From positions 1,208 to 65,207 of the forward strand of contig JAHJKD010000003.1 in assembly GCA_018822435.1 (NCBI GenBank): 64,000 bases of DNA. The letters run 5' to 3'. The position numbers and the translations under genes are program-made. Positions 27,643 through 38,222 of this stretch are shown here, in pieces (position 1 is the stretch's first letter; each line of letters starts with the position of its first letter). The notes under the pieces are model-generated. The model did no database searches. It had not been told where the DNA came from and saw nothing but the letters and a program-made list of their open reading frames with translations. The stretch comes from Patescibacteria group bacterium (lineage in GTDB: Bacteria; Patescibacteriota; Patescibacteriia; UBA9570; JAHJKD01).

Positions 27643-28764
27643 ATGATTAAAAAGGTCCTATTACTAGGGGGAATTTTTGCATTATTTATAATGCTTGTGC
27701 CAATGGCAGGTGAAGCTATTATTATTAAAGATTATGACTGGCGCACTAAAGCAGCTGAAGGCTTTAATGATGATGAAAATGCTTCTTTAATGAAGATGGC
27801 TAAGAGAAATGATAAGTTATTTGTTTCTACCTATAATGCCACTACAGGCACAGAAATTTGGAGAACAGACGATAATTTCAATTGGGCACAGATTAATACA
27901 GATGGTTTTGGCGACTCTCAAAACACTTATGTTAGTGCCATGATAATCTGGAAAAATCGGTTATGGGTGGCTACTTACAACGAAGACACAGGAACAGAAT
28001 TATGGAAATGGCAAAAAGGTGAATGGAAAAAGAAAAATAAAGATGGATTTGGCAGTACTCATAATGTCGCTGTAACTGCTTTGCTAGGATTTCGGGGAAA
28101 ATTATATGCTTTTGTAAAAAAGGACAATGGAAAAGATGTGGTTGTCTTCCGAGCTAAATATCCAAAAAAATCAACCTGGAAAAGAGCCGGTGGATTTGGA
28201 TTAGTGGAGGGGGAGATGGCTTTAGCTGAGGTGGTAACCACGAATAAAGTAAATAAAGAAATGTATGCAGGCGGAGACGGCAGTTATGTTTATAAGAGTG
28301 CGAATGGAAAAGACTGGGAAGTAATTAATTCTAATACTCCGGATGAAACCGGCTGGGGCGCTGTTGGCAATGTCCAGATCAGCTCTATGGCTGCGAAAAA
28401 TGGGAAAATGTTTGTAGGAACTAAAAATCCGACTAAAGGTGTTCAGCTTTGGAGATATGACAACGGTGTTTGGCAGCAAAGAGGCGGTAATGGCCTTGGT
28501 GACCCGGAAAATTCAGATATTACTGATATGTACGTAAAAAAAGGGAAAAAATCAGGTAAATATTATTTATATGCTGGCATTGAAAATGACAATGGTTTGA
28601 AAGTTTTTCGAACCAAAGGCGGTAAGAAATGGTATCAGCTCAATTCTAATGATGGATTTGGCAATATGAGCAATACTACTCCTCATGATCTACAGTTTTA
28701 TAGTAAAATGTTGTTTGTGACTGTAAATAATCTTATTTACGCGACAGATTTTTCTACTAATTAA
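27643..28764 (+). CDS. Secreted beta-propeller-like repeat protein
   Basis: Signal peptide; repeated DGFG..N and GTExW blades. Confidence 0.7.
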   Translation: MIKKVLLLGGIFALFIMLVPMAGEAIIIKDYDWRTKAAEGFNDDENASLMKMAKRNDKLFVSTYNATTGTEIWRTDDNFNWAQINTDGFGDSQNTYVSAMIIWKNRLWVATYNEDTGTELWKWQKGEWKKKNKDGFGSTHNVAVTALLGFRGKLYAFVKKDNGKDVVVFRAKYPKKSTWKRAGGFGLVEGEMALAEVVTTNKVNKEMYAGGDGSYVYKSANGKDWEVINSNTPDETGWGAVGNVQISSMAAKNGKMFVGTKNPTKGVQLWRYDNGVWQQRGGNGLGDPENSDITDMYVKKGKKSGKYYLYAGIENDNGLKVFRTKGGKKWYQLNSNDGFGNMSNTTPHDLQFYSKMLFVTVNNLIYATDFSTN

Positions 28765-28789
28765 TTACTCGGGAAAAAATTATTGAATA

Positions 28790-30301
28790 ATGGCTAAAAC
28801 CGAATACGAAGCAGTTATTGGCCTGGAAATCCATATCCAGATCAATACGAAATCAAAAATGTTCTGCGGCTCTGATAATGCAGAAGTAGAAGAGCCGAAT
28901 GTTAATGTTTGCCCGATTTGCATGGGGCATCCCGGAACATTGCCGGTTGTTAATGACGAAGCCATAAAAAAGGGCCTGGCCATGGCCCTTGCTTTGAATT
29001 GTAAGATTAATCAGGACAGTAAATTTGATAGAAAGCAATATTTTTACCCTGATTTGCCCAAAGGTTATCAGATTTCCCAATATGATTTACCTTTGGCAGA
29101 AAAGGGCTATTTAGAAATATATCCGGACAATATTACGCCTATGCAGGTGAAGATTGAGAGACTGCACTTGGAGGAAGATACAGCTAAGATTTTTCACACT
29201 AAAGACGGCGTGCAACTTGATTTTAACAGAGCGGGCAGTCCGCTCATGGAAATAGTTACTGAACCTGATTTTGATGACCCGGCTGAAGCTAAATTGTTTT
29301 TACAAGATTTACAAATCATTGCCCGATATCTGGATGTTTCAGATGCGGACATGGAAAAAGGCCATTTACGTTGTGATGCCAATATTTCTATACGCGAAAA
29401 AGGGGATAAAGCACTATACCCAAAGACGGAAATTAAAAATTTGAATTCTTTTCGGGCAGTTGAAAATGCTTTGAATTTTGAGATTAAAAGACAAACCCGG
29501 CTTTGGGAGGATAATGAAGCGCCAGACAAACAGGAAACCAGAGGTTGGAATGATAAAAAGAAAGAGACCGTTCCGCAAAGAGCAAAAGAAGGTTTAGCTG
29601 ACTATCGATATTTTCCAGAGCCAGACATACCCCCACTGGTATTTGAAAAGAAAGATATTCAGAAAATAGAAGATTACATGCCTGCCCTGCCTCATGTGAG
29701 GCGAGAAAGATTTATGCAGGAGTATGGATTATCATATGTTAATGCCAGAATTGTGACTAACAATCCCAAAATTGCGGATTACTTTGAAGATTCCATGTCT
29801 GAATTGCAAGCGTGGCTATATTCTTTGGATAATACCGAAGGTTCAGATGAAGAAATTTGGACGAAATACGGTGACAAAGTGACAAAAATGCTATTAAGCA
29901 CTTTAACTACTGAAGTTTTTGGATTATTAAAGGAAAATAATCAAGATTTTATAGATTTAAAGATAACCCCAGAGAACATTGCTGAACTCATAACTTTAAA
30001 ATGGGAAAATAAACTTAATAGCGCCAATGCAAAGAAGGTCCTACGAGTAATGTTTGATAAAGGCAGCGATCCTTCCCAAGTCATGGAAGAGGAAGATTTA
30101 GAACAAGTGCAGGATGTTGGAGAAATTGATGCTATTTGCGATCGAATTATCAAAAATAATCCGGATCCAGCGGAAGATTTTAAAAATGGCAAGGAAAAAT
30201 CACTCATGTTTTTAGTAGGGCAAGCCATGAAAGAATCTAAGGGCAAAGCAAATCCACAAATGCTCATGGATATTTTCCACAAAAAGCTTGACAATAAATG
30301 A
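28790..30301 (+). CDS. gatB: Asp/Glu-tRNA amidotransferase subunit B
   Basis: IGLEIH, FYPDLPKGYQISQ, HLEED, RCDANIS, DYRYFPEPD. Confidence 0.97.
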   Translation: MAKTEYEAVIGLEIHIQINTKSKMFCGSDNAEVEEPNVNVCPICMGHPGTLPVVNDEAIKKGLAMALALNCKINQDSKFDRKQYFYPDLPKGYQISQYDLPLAEKGYLEIYPDNITPMQVKIERLHLEEDTAKIFHTKDGVQLDFNRAGSPLMEIVTEPDFDDPAEAKLFLQDLQIIARYLDVSDADMEKGHLRCDANISIREKGDKALYPKTEIKNLNSFRAVENALNFEIKRQTRLWEDNEAPDKQETRGWNDKKKETVPQRAKEGLADYRYFPEPDIPPLVFEKKDIQKIEDYMPALPHVRRERFMQEYGLSYVNARIVTNNPKIADYFEDSMSELQAWLYSLDNTEGSDEEIWTKYGDKVTKMLLSTLTTEVFGLLKENNQDFIDLKITPENIAELITLKWENKLNSANAKKVLRVMFDKGSDPSQVMEEEDLEQVQDVGEIDAICDRIIKNNPDPAEDFKNGKEKSLMFLVGQAMKESKGKANPQMLMDIFHKKLDNK

Positions 30302-30425
30302 AAAAAGCGCTAATATTATCTTTAATATGCGCAAGATACGATATGTAGACAACAAATTACCAATATCTTTTAAGGTCCCTCACTTAATCCATGGGGGATT
30401 TTTTTATGCTTATGAAAAATCATAA
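30288..30425 (+). promoter_or_regulatory. pyr operon promoter with putative leader peptide and attenuator
   Basis: TTGACA-17-TAATAT; 32-codon ORF 30327-30425 runs through the tccctca/tggggga-T7 hairpin (30376-30405). Confidence 0.6.
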
Positions 30426-31464
30426 ATCTGCCAAACTAGTTCTTGAAGATGGGTCCGAATTTGAAGGGAAGTCATTTGGTTGCAATATTAGCAATGATGG
30501 AGAAGTGGTTTTTAACACCGGCATGGTCGGATATCCAGAAAGCCTGACCGATCCTTCTTATGCCGGGCAAATATTAGTCTGTACATATCCTCTGATCGGG
30601 AATTATGGCGTGCCTAAAGGGAAAGACAAATTTGAATCAGATGGAATTAAAGTCAGGGGATTAATTGTATCTGAATATATTGATGAATATAGCCATTGGC
30701 AAGCAGAAAAATCATTGGGAGAGTGGCTTAAAGAAGAAAAGATTCCCGCGATTTTTGGGATAGATACAAGAGCGTTGACGAAAAAGTTGAGAACAAAAGG
30801 GGTTATGTTAGGCCAGATTGTGATTAATGGAAAAAAGATGGAAAAGATAGAAGATCCAAATTTAAGAAATCTAGCCGCTGAAGTCTGCATAAAAAAACCA
30901 AAAATAAACGGCAGAGGAAAAAAGACAGTATTACTGCTTGATTGCGGAGTTAAAGAGAATATTATTAGGTCTCTTGTTAAAAGAGGAGTCAAAGTAAAAC
31001 AAGTGCCCTGGAATTATGATTTTTCTCAAGAAAAATATGATGGCATTCTTTTATCTAACGGACCAGGCGATCCCATGATGTGTACCACCACTATTCTAAA
31101 CATAAAAAAAGCTTTAACAGAAAATAAGCCAATATTTGGAATTTGTTTAGGTAATCAGATAATGGCTCTGGCCTCTGGAGCAAAGACGTACAAGCTTAAA
31201 TTCGGGCACAGAGCACAAAATCAGCCTTGCCTGATGGAAGGCACGCAAAGATGTTATCTGACTACGCAAAATCATGGATTTGCGGTTAGGGAGAAGACCT
31301 TAGGAAATGAGTGGAAGATCTGGTTCCGGAATGCTAATGACAATACAGTTGAGGGCATCAGACATAAGAAAAAACCTTTTATGGCCGTCCAGTTCCATCC
31401 GGAATCAACGCCAGGCCCGGAAGATACAGAATTTTTATTTGATGAATTTGTAAAACAACTATGA
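30412..31464 (+). CDS. carA: Carbamoyl-phosphate synthase small subunit
   Basis: GEVVFNTGMVGY, SNGPGDP, GICLG, QFHPE; start could be 30406 or 30412. Confidence 0.97.
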   Translation: MKNHKSAKLVLEDGSEFEGKSFGCNISNDGEVVFNTGMVGYPESLTDPSYAGQILVCTYPLIGNYGVPKGKDKFESDGIKVRGLIVSEYIDEYSHWQAEKSLGEWLKEEKIPAIFGIDTRALTKKLRTKGVMLGQIVINGKKMEKIEDPNLRNLAAEVCIKKPKINGRGKKTVLLLDCGVKENIIRSLVKRGVKVKQVPWNYDFSQEKYDGILLSNGPGDPMMCTTTILNIKKALTENKPIFGICLGNQIMALASGAKTYKLKFGHRAQNQPCLMEGTQRCYLTTQNHGFAVREKTLGNEWKIWFRNANDNTVEGIRHKKKPFMAVQFHPESTPGPEDTEFLFDEFVKQL

Positions 31465-34400
31465 GCAAAGAGATGAAAAAAGTAATCATCTTAGGATCAG
31501 GCGGCCTTAAAATTGGCCAGGCCGGAGAATTTGATTATTCTGGGAGCCAGGCAATTAAATCTTTGAAAGAGGATGGGATTAAGACGGTTTTAGTTAATCC
31601 AAATATTGCTACAGTCCAGACTAGCGAAAACATGGCTGATAAAGTTTATTTTTTACCAGTTGAATTTAGTTTTGTAGAAAGGATTATTAAGAAAGAAAAA
31701 CCAGATGGAATTTTACTGGGCTTTGGCGGGCAAACAGCTTTGAATGTTGGTCTGGAGCTGGATGAGAAAGGAGTCCTGCATCGAAATAATGTAAAAGTAT
31801 TAGGCACATCCTGCGATACAATTCGGGCAACTGAAGACAGGGAAATATTTATAAAGAAGTTGAATGAAATTGATGTGAAGGTGGCTCGGAGTCAGGCTGT
31901 TAAATCAACTGAAGAAGGCCTGGAAGCCGGTGAAAAAATTGGTTTTCCTCTCATGATCCGGGCAGCATATTCTTTGGGAGGACTGGGCTCGGGAATTATT
32001 AAAAATAAGACAGAGCTAAAGAAGAGATTGAATGAATTATTTAAACAAGCACCTCAAGTACTACTAGAAGAAAGTTTATTAGGATGGAAAGAAGTTGAAT
32101 ACGAAGTAGTGAGGGATAAAGAAAACAATTGCGTGACTGTTTGTAATATGGAAAATCTGGACCCAATGGGAATCCATACGGGCGAGAGCATTGTGGTAGC
32201 ACCTTCTCAAACGTTAAATAATGCTGAATATCATGGTTTAAGAACAGTCGCCCAAAAAGTAGTCAGGCATTTAGAAATAATAGGTGAGTGTAATATTCAA
32301 TATGCAACTAAAGGTGGGGATTACAGAGTAATCGAAGTAAATGCACGGCTTTCAAGGAGTTCGGCCTTAGCATCAAAGGCAACCGGGTATCCGCTGGCTT
32401 GGGTGGCAGCCAAGCTTTCACTAGGCAAATCGCTGCCTGAAGTGGTTAATTCAGTCACTAAATCAACGCAAGCTTGCTTTGAGCCGGCGCTTGATTATGT
32501 GGCCTTAAAGATTCCCAGATGGGATCTGAAAAAATTTAAAAGAGTAGAAAATAGAATATCTTCAGAAATGAAAAGCGTGGGAGAAGTCATGGCTCTGGGG
32601 CGCAGTTTTGAAGAAGTTCTGCAAAAAGCTTTGCGCATGCTTAATGTAAACGCGGCTGGCCTGACTGGAGACGTTCCCCAAGTGGACGACCTAAAAAAGG
32701 AAATTAAATTTGCCACGGATAAGCGGATCTTTGCTTTAGCAAAAGCTTTTCAAGCGAACATGTCTGTAAATGACGTAAATAAGCTATCACAGATTGACCC
32801 TTGGTTTTTAGATAGGATTAAAAATATCGCTAAATTTAAAATAAAGCTTGATAAAGGAACTTTACTGGAAGCTAAGAAATTGGGATTTTCTGATGAACAA
32901 ATTGCCAGACAAACTGGGAAAACTTCAGATGCTGTGAGAAAATTAAGAAAAAATTTCAAAATAATACCTGTAGTAAAACAAATAGATACGCTGGCCGGCG
33001 AGTTTCCGGCGAAGACAAATTATTTATATATGACTTATCATGGTACGGAGAATGATATTAAAAGAGGGAAAAATGAAGTAATGGTTTTAGGCAGCGGGCC
33101 ATATCATATTGGGTCTAGCGTTGAATTTGATTGGTCTTGCGTCCAAGCTGTTCAGGCCAGTGCAGAGCTAGGATATAAAACCGTTATGATAAATTGCAAT
33201 CCAGAAACTGTGTCCACGGATTATGATATTTGCGATCGCTTGTATTTTGAAGAGCTGACTTTAGAAAGAGTTTTAGATATTCATGATGTGGAAAAACCCG
33301 AGGGAGTGATTATTTCCATGGGCGGCCAAGTGCCTAATAATCTGGCTAGTGATTTAGATAAAAACAGGGTTAGAATTTTTGGAACTTCTGCCAGAGATAT
33401 TGACCGGGCGGAAAATAGGCATAAATTTTCACAATTGTTAGATGACATGGGCCTTGATCAGCCAGAGTGGCGGGAACTTACATCGAAAGCAGAAGCAAAG
33501 AAATTTGCCGATAAGGTAGGCTACCCGGTCTTAATCAGGCCGTCTTATGTTCTTTCCGGGGCAGCCATGAACGTCGCTTTTGACGGGGTGAATCTGGATG
33601 ATTATCTGGAAAAGGCGGCTGAAGTGTCTAAAAAATATCCAGTGGTTATTTCTAAATTCGTTGAAGGGGCCAGAGAAATCGAAATAGATGGTGTAGCCCA
33701 GGACGGCGATTTAAAAATATATGCTTTATCAGAGCATATCGAAAAAGCAGGTGTTCATTCTGGTGATGCCCATGTCGTCCTGCCTCCACAGAAAACTTAT
33801 CTAGAAACTATCCGCCGGGCAAAAAAGAGGACAAAGGCAGTGATCAGCGCTTTAAATATCACGGGTCCGTTTAATATTCAGTTTTTGGCAAAAAATAATC
33901 AGATCAGGATAATAGAATTAAATTTAAGAGCCTCAAGAAGCCTGCCTTTTGTTTCTAAGGTGACAAAATATAATTTTGCCAAACTGGCGACCAAAGCCAT
34001 GCTTGGCGAGGATATTTCCGGAGACTACAATACCTTGGATTTAAACTATGTCGGGGTGAAGTCACCGCAGTTTTCATATAGCCGCTTAAAAGGAGCTGAT
34101 CCGGTTCTTTACGTAGAAATGGGGTCGACCGGAGAAGTGGCGGCTTTTGGAGAGGGTTATCAGGAAGCAGTCATGAAATCTATATTAGCGACCGGATTCA
34201 AGCTTCCGGAAAAAAATATTTTACTTAGCATTGGAAAACAGGAAAATAAAGAGGATTTATTGAAATTTATCAAGAGGTTGGAAGATAAAAGATATAAGAT
34301 ATATGCGACAGAGCACACTTCAGACTTTTTAACAGAAAATAAAGTACATAACCAAAAAGTTTATAAGATACAGACAAATAAAAAACCCAATGTTCAGGAA

Positions 34401-34622
34401 TTACTTGAAAAGGGTAAGATTGATCTGATAATCAATATTCCGACTAAATATAACAGGGCAGAAATTAGTGATGGTTATCTGATTAGAAGGTTGGCAACTG
34501 ACCATAACATTTCATTGATAAATGACCAACAAATAGCCAAGATTTTCATAAATGGACTTTGTAATCTGGACTTAAAAAATATGCCCATAAAAAGTTGGGA
34601 TGAATACGAAAATCTGGTATAA
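31461..34622 (+). CDS. carB: Carbamoyl-phosphate synthase large subunit
   Basis: IGQAGEFDYSG, RLSRSSALASKATG, NCNPETVSTDYD, MGS domain. Confidence 0.98.
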   Translation: MSKEMKKVIILGSGGLKIGQAGEFDYSGSQAIKSLKEDGIKTVLVNPNIATVQTSENMADKVYFLPVEFSFVERIIKKEKPDGILLGFGGQTALNVGLELDEKGVLHRNNVKVLGTSCDTIRATEDREIFIKKLNEIDVKVARSQAVKSTEEGLEAGEKIGFPLMIRAAYSLGGLGSGIIKNKTELKKRLNELFKQAPQVLLEESLLGWKEVEYEVVRDKENNCVTVCNMENLDPMGIHTGESIVVAPSQTLNNAEYHGLRTVAQKVVRHLEIIGECNIQYATKGGDYRVIEVNARLSRSSALASKATGYPLAWVAAKLSLGKSLPEVVNSVTKSTQACFEPALDYVALKIPRWDLKKFKRVENRISSEMKSVGEVMALGRSFEEVLQKALRMLNVNAAGLTGDVPQVDDLKKEIKFATDKRIFALAKAFQANMSVNDVNKLSQIDPWFLDRIKNIAKFKIKLDKGTLLEAKKLGFSDEQIARQTGKTSDAVRKLRKNFKIIPVVKQIDTLAGEFPAKTNYLYMTYHGTENDIKRGKNEVMVLGSGPYHIGSSVEFDWSCVQAVQASAELGYKTVMINCNPETVSTDYDICDRLYFEELTLERVLDIHDVEKPEGVIISMGGQVPNNLASDLDKNRVRIFGTSARDIDRAENRHKFSQLLDDMGLDQPEWRELTSKAEAKKFADKVGYPVLIRPSYVLSGAAMNVAFDGVNLDDYLEKAAEVSKKYPVVISKFVEGAREIEIDGVAQDGDLKIYALSEHIEKAGVHSGDAHVVLPPQKTYLETIRRAKKRTKAVISALNITGPFNIQFLAKNNQIRIIELNLRASRSLPFVSKVTKYNFAKLATKAMLGEDISGDYNTLDLNYVGVKSPQFSYSRLKGADPVLYVEMGSTGEVAAFGEGYQEAVMKSILATGFKLPEKNILLSIGKQENKEDLLKFIKRLEDKRYKIYATEHTSDFLTENKVHNQKVYKIQTNKKPNVQELLEKGKIDLIINIPTKYNRAEISDGYLIRRLATDHNISLINDQQIAKIFINGLCNLDLKNMPIKSWDEYENLV

Positions 34623-34649
34623 TAAGGATATAAAAACTAAAAAAATAAT

Positions 34650-35570
34650 ATGGATTTTAAAGGAAAAGACATCATCTCTATCCCGGATATTTCCAAGCAG
34701 GAAATAGACCATGTTTTGGCTATAGCTGCCAAAATGAAGAAAAAGCCAAACCCGAGTTTATTAAAAGACAAAGTATTGGCCAGTTTGTTTTATGAACCAT
34801 CTACCCGGACAAGATTAAGTTTTGAAACAGCCGCAGAAAGACTGGGTATGCGTGTTATCGGATTTGCTGAAGCAGGCGTATCTTCTTCAGGCAAGAAAGG
34901 GGAATCCCTTCATGATTCAATTAAGAATATCGGCTTATATGCCGATGTAATCGCCATGCGGCATCCGGCTGAAGGAAGCGCCCGCCTGGCTTCTGAAGCA
35001 ACTGATAAACCAATTCTTAACGGCGGTGACGGAGCTAATCAGCATCCTACCCAAACATTATTGGATCTTTTCACAATTAAGGAAACTCAGAAAAAACTAT
35101 CTGGTTTGGATATTGCCATTGTAGGAGATCTGAAATTCGGACGGACAACCCACTCGCTGGCCCAAGCCCTGGCATATTATAATCCGCGTCTTTACTTTGT
35201 AGCGCCGGAAGCTCTGCAAATGCCGGATCATATTCTGAAGTTTTTAAAGAAAAATAAAGTAAAATTCTCCCAACATGAGAAAATTGAAAATGTTATTAAT
35301 AAAGTAGATATTCTTTATATGACCAGGATCCAGAAAGAAAGATTTCCTGATCCTTTGGAATATGAAAGGGTAAAGAATGTGTATGTATTGACCGAGGATA
35401 TGTTGGAAGGTGTAAAGCCAAATATGAAAGTCATGCATCCCTTACCTCGCGTTGATGAAATTGAACCAAGCGTAGATAAAACCAAACATGCTTATTACTT
35501 CCAACAAGCAGAAAATGGTTTGTATGTGCGTCAAGGTTTACTCGGCTTAGTATTAGGAAAATTAAAATAA
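34650..35570 (+). CDS. pyrB: Aspartate carbamoyltransferase catalytic subunit
   Basis: [26 protein letters not shown]. Confidence 0.97.
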   Translation: MDFKGKDIISIPDISKQEIDHVLAIAAKMKKKPNPSLLKDKVLASLFYEPSTRTRLSFETAAERLGMRVIGFAEAGVSSSGKKGESLHDSIKNIGLYADVIAMRHPAEGSARLASEATDKPILNGGDGANQHPTQTLLDLFTIKETQKKLSGLDIAIVGDLKFGRTTHSLAQALAYYNPRLYFVAPEALQMPDHILKFLKKNKVKFSQHEKIENVINKVDILYMTRIQKERFPDPLEYERVKNVYVLTEDMLEGVKPNMKVMHPLPRVDEIEPSVDKTKHAYYFQQAENGLYVRQGLLGLVLGKLK

Positions 35571-35605
35571 TTCTTCGATAAAATCAGAATAAATAATATA
35601 AATAT

Positions 35606-36082
35606 ATGGCAAATAAACAACCAGAAAGACCATTTAAGGTCTACACAATTAAAGAAGGTACGGTCATTGACCACATTCCGCGCGGCCGGGCAATTGAAAT
35701 TCTCAGGATGTTAAAATTAGTTGATAGCGGAAATTTCGTGACCATGGGATCAAATTTTAAATCTAAGAAAAAAGGATATAAAGACATAATTAAAATTGAA
35801 GGAAAAGAGCTAACTCCGGAAGAAGTAAATCAAGTAGCTTTGCTCGCACCAAAAGCGACCATTAATATTATCAGGGACTATAAGATCGTTGATAAATTTG
35901 TCGTGGAATTACCCGAAGTTTTTGAAGACATGGTGAAATGTCCGAATCCGAAGTGCATAACCAATATGGATCCGCAAAATGCCAAATTTATTCCTACTTT
36001 TGAAGGCAAGGAAATGCTTTTACAATGCGTTTACTGTGAAAAATTATTTAAACCAGAAGAATTAAATGAATACGTTAAGTGA
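35606..36082 (+). CDS. pyrI: Aspartate carbamoyltransferase regulatory subunit
   Basis: GTVIDHI, CPNPKCI, CVYCE. Confidence 0.95.
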   Translation: MANKQPERPFKVYTIKEGTVIDHIPRGRAIEILRMLKLVDSGNFVTMGSNFKSKKKGYKDIIKIEGKELTPEEVNQVALLAPKATINIIRDYKIVDKFVVELPEVFEDMVKCPNPKCITNMDPQNAKFIPTFEGKEMLLQCVYCEKLFKPEELNEYVK

Positions 36083-37280
36083 GAAAGATCTGCAGGAATG
36101 GTTAGAAACTGAATCCTGGGATAAGGTAAAAAATAAAGTAGAAAAAGCTGGCCATATTTTATTGCCGGCCATGATTGATTCTCATGTGCATTTTCGCATT
36201 CCTGGCGGAGATTATAAAGAAGACTGGGAATGGGGGAGTAAAGCGGCTATTGCCGGCGGTATTTGCGGTGTTTGCGATATGCCGAATACAAATCCGCCCA
36301 TTATTACCAAAGAAGTCCTGGATAAGAAAATAGACCGGGTAAAAAAAGAAGAAGTCGATGGTTTTAAAGACTTTCATTATTTAGGCGTTTATGGCAATCG
36401 TGAGCCTGATTTGAGAGCTAAAGATGAAGTCGTGGCCCTGAAAGTTTATACTGGTTCGTCTACTGGAGATTTATTAGTAGAAACCGAAAAAGGACTGGAA
36501 AAAGTTTTTAAAGAATGGCCAGGCGTAATTGCTGTACATGCAGAAGATGAGAAAATTATTCAGGAAAATATAGCCCGATATGCCGATCTTAACGAACCGA
36601 TCAAACATTCCAAAATTCGCAGCCCGGAAGCGGCTGTCAGCGGCATCAAAAAAGTTTTAAAGTTTGTTAAAAAATTTAATCGGGCGACATATTTTTGCCA
36701 TGTTTCTACAGAAACCGAGCTAGAAGTTTTAGTTGCGGCCAAAGAACAAGGTCTGCCGATATATATTGAAGTAACTCCGCATCACTTATATTTGGATGAA
36801 AGCGCTTACGATGAGTGGGGAAATTTTGTGAAAATAAATCCGCCTTTACGGACAAAGAAAGACAATGAAGCATTATGGCTGGCAGTTTCCAGCGGAATTG
36901 TGGATGTGATCGCGTCTGATCATGCTCCGCATCTACCTGAAGAAAAAGCACTTGATTATGCCAATGCTCCGGCCGGCGTACCTGGTGTGGGCCAAATATT
37001 GCCTCTTATGCTCAATGCTGTGAGTGAAGGCAGATTAAGTCTAGAAAGATTAATTGAATGCATGCATGACAACCCCAAGAAAATATTCGGCTTAAAGGGC
37101 TTGAAAAATTGCGGAGTTGTTGTCGACCTAAAGCAAGAAAATAAAATTTTAAAAGAAGGTCTTGGCACAAAATGCGGATGGAGTCCTTACGAAGGCATGA
37201 CCTTAAAAGGCTGGCCTGAATGGACAATCATTGACGGCCAAGCCATGGATATGAAAGTAAATCAATTAAAAGATATATAA
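36066..37280 (+). CDS. pyrC: Dihydroorotase
   Basis: DSHVHFR, DMPNT, NPPLR, SDHAPH. Confidence 0.93.
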   Translation: MNTLSEKDLQEWLETESWDKVKNKVEKAGHILLPAMIDSHVHFRIPGGDYKEDWEWGSKAAIAGGICGVCDMPNTNPPIITKEVLDKKIDRVKKEEVDGFKDFHYLGVYGNREPDLRAKDEVVALKVYTGSSTGDLLVETEKGLEKVFKEWPGVIAVHAEDEKIIQENIARYADLNEPIKHSKIRSPEAAVSGIKKVLKFVKKFNRATYFCHVSTETELEVLVAAKEQGLPIYIEVTPHHLYLDESAYDEWGNFVKINPPLRTKKDNEALWLAVSSGIVDVIASDHAPHLPEEKALDYANAPAGVPGVGQILPLMLNAVSEGRLSLERLIECMHDNPKKIFGLKGLKNCGVVVDLKQENKILKEGLGTKCGWSPYEGMTLKGWPEWTIIDGQAMDMKVNQLKDI

Positions 37281-37283
37281 ACA

Positions 37284-38222
37284 ATGAGACATTTAATTTC
37301 ACTCAAAGATTACACAGCAGGCGAGATTACAGAAATAATCGAGCTGGCTGAAAAAATCAAAGCCAACCAAAAAGATTATTGGCAAGCATTAGACCACATG
37401 ACTTTGATCATGCTTTTTCAAAAATCATCAACCCGCACGCGCCTTTCTTTTGAGGAAGGCATGACCCAACTAGGAGGCCATGGAATTTTTCTAGATCAAA
37501 AGACTTCGCAATTTGCCCTGACTGATTTTAGGGATGAGATCCAGGCAGTGATGCGGTTTGGCGACATGTTGATGTTCCGGGCCATGAAAGTAGAAGATGT
37601 GGAAAAAGCCGCTTCTTTGAATGCGGTTCCAGTTATTGATGCGTGTTCAGAGAAATATCATCCTTGTCAGGCTTTATCTGACTTGCTGACAATGTCGGAA
37701 AAATCCGGAGGTTTGGGCAATATCAAAAAGGTTGCCTGGTTAGGCATTGAAAACAATGTTTCAAATACGCTCATGCTGGCTTGCGCTAAGCTGGGAATAG
37801 AAGTATCGATAATAGCTCCAAAAGTTAATGAACCGAGCATAGATGAAGAACTAAATAAAATGGCTGAAGACACAGGTAAGGTCACAAGAACTCTTGATTT
37901 AGAAGAAGGCTTAAAAGATGCGGATTTTGTCCATACTGACACCTGGATGGATATGGAGTTTTTTGAAGAAGGAAGGGTGAAACCAGATTTTAAAGAAGAA
38001 TATGAAGTCAGGATTGATTTGTTTAAGCCATATCAGTTGTCCGGAGAATTAATAGATAAATATTGTCCAGAGGCCAAGATCATGCATTGCATGCCTTGTC
38101 ATATTGGATATGAAATATCAAGATCAGCCATGGACCATGGAAACGCGGTAATAATTGATCAGGCCGAAAACAGACTGCATGCCCAAAAAGCTATAATGCT
38201 ATGGTTAAATGACCACCGTTAA
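37284..38222 (+). CDS. argF: Ornithine carbamoyltransferase-family enzyme
   Basis: [39 protein letters not shown]. Confidence 0.85.
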   Translation: MRHLISLKDYTAGEITEIIELAEKIKANQKDYWQALDHMTLIMLFQKSSTRTRLSFEEGMTQLGGHGIFLDQKTSQFALTDFRDEIQAVMRFGDMLMFRAMKVEDVEKAASLNAVPVIDACSEKYHPCQALSDLLTMSEKSGGLGNIKKVAWLGIENNVSNTLMLACAKLGIEVSIIAPKVNEPSIDEELNKMAEDTGKVTRTLDLEEGLKDADFVHTDTWMDMEFFEEGRVKPDFKEEYEVRIDLFKPYQLSGELIDKYCPEAKIMHCMPCHIGYEISRSAMDHGNAVIIDQAENRLHAQKAIMLWLNDHR

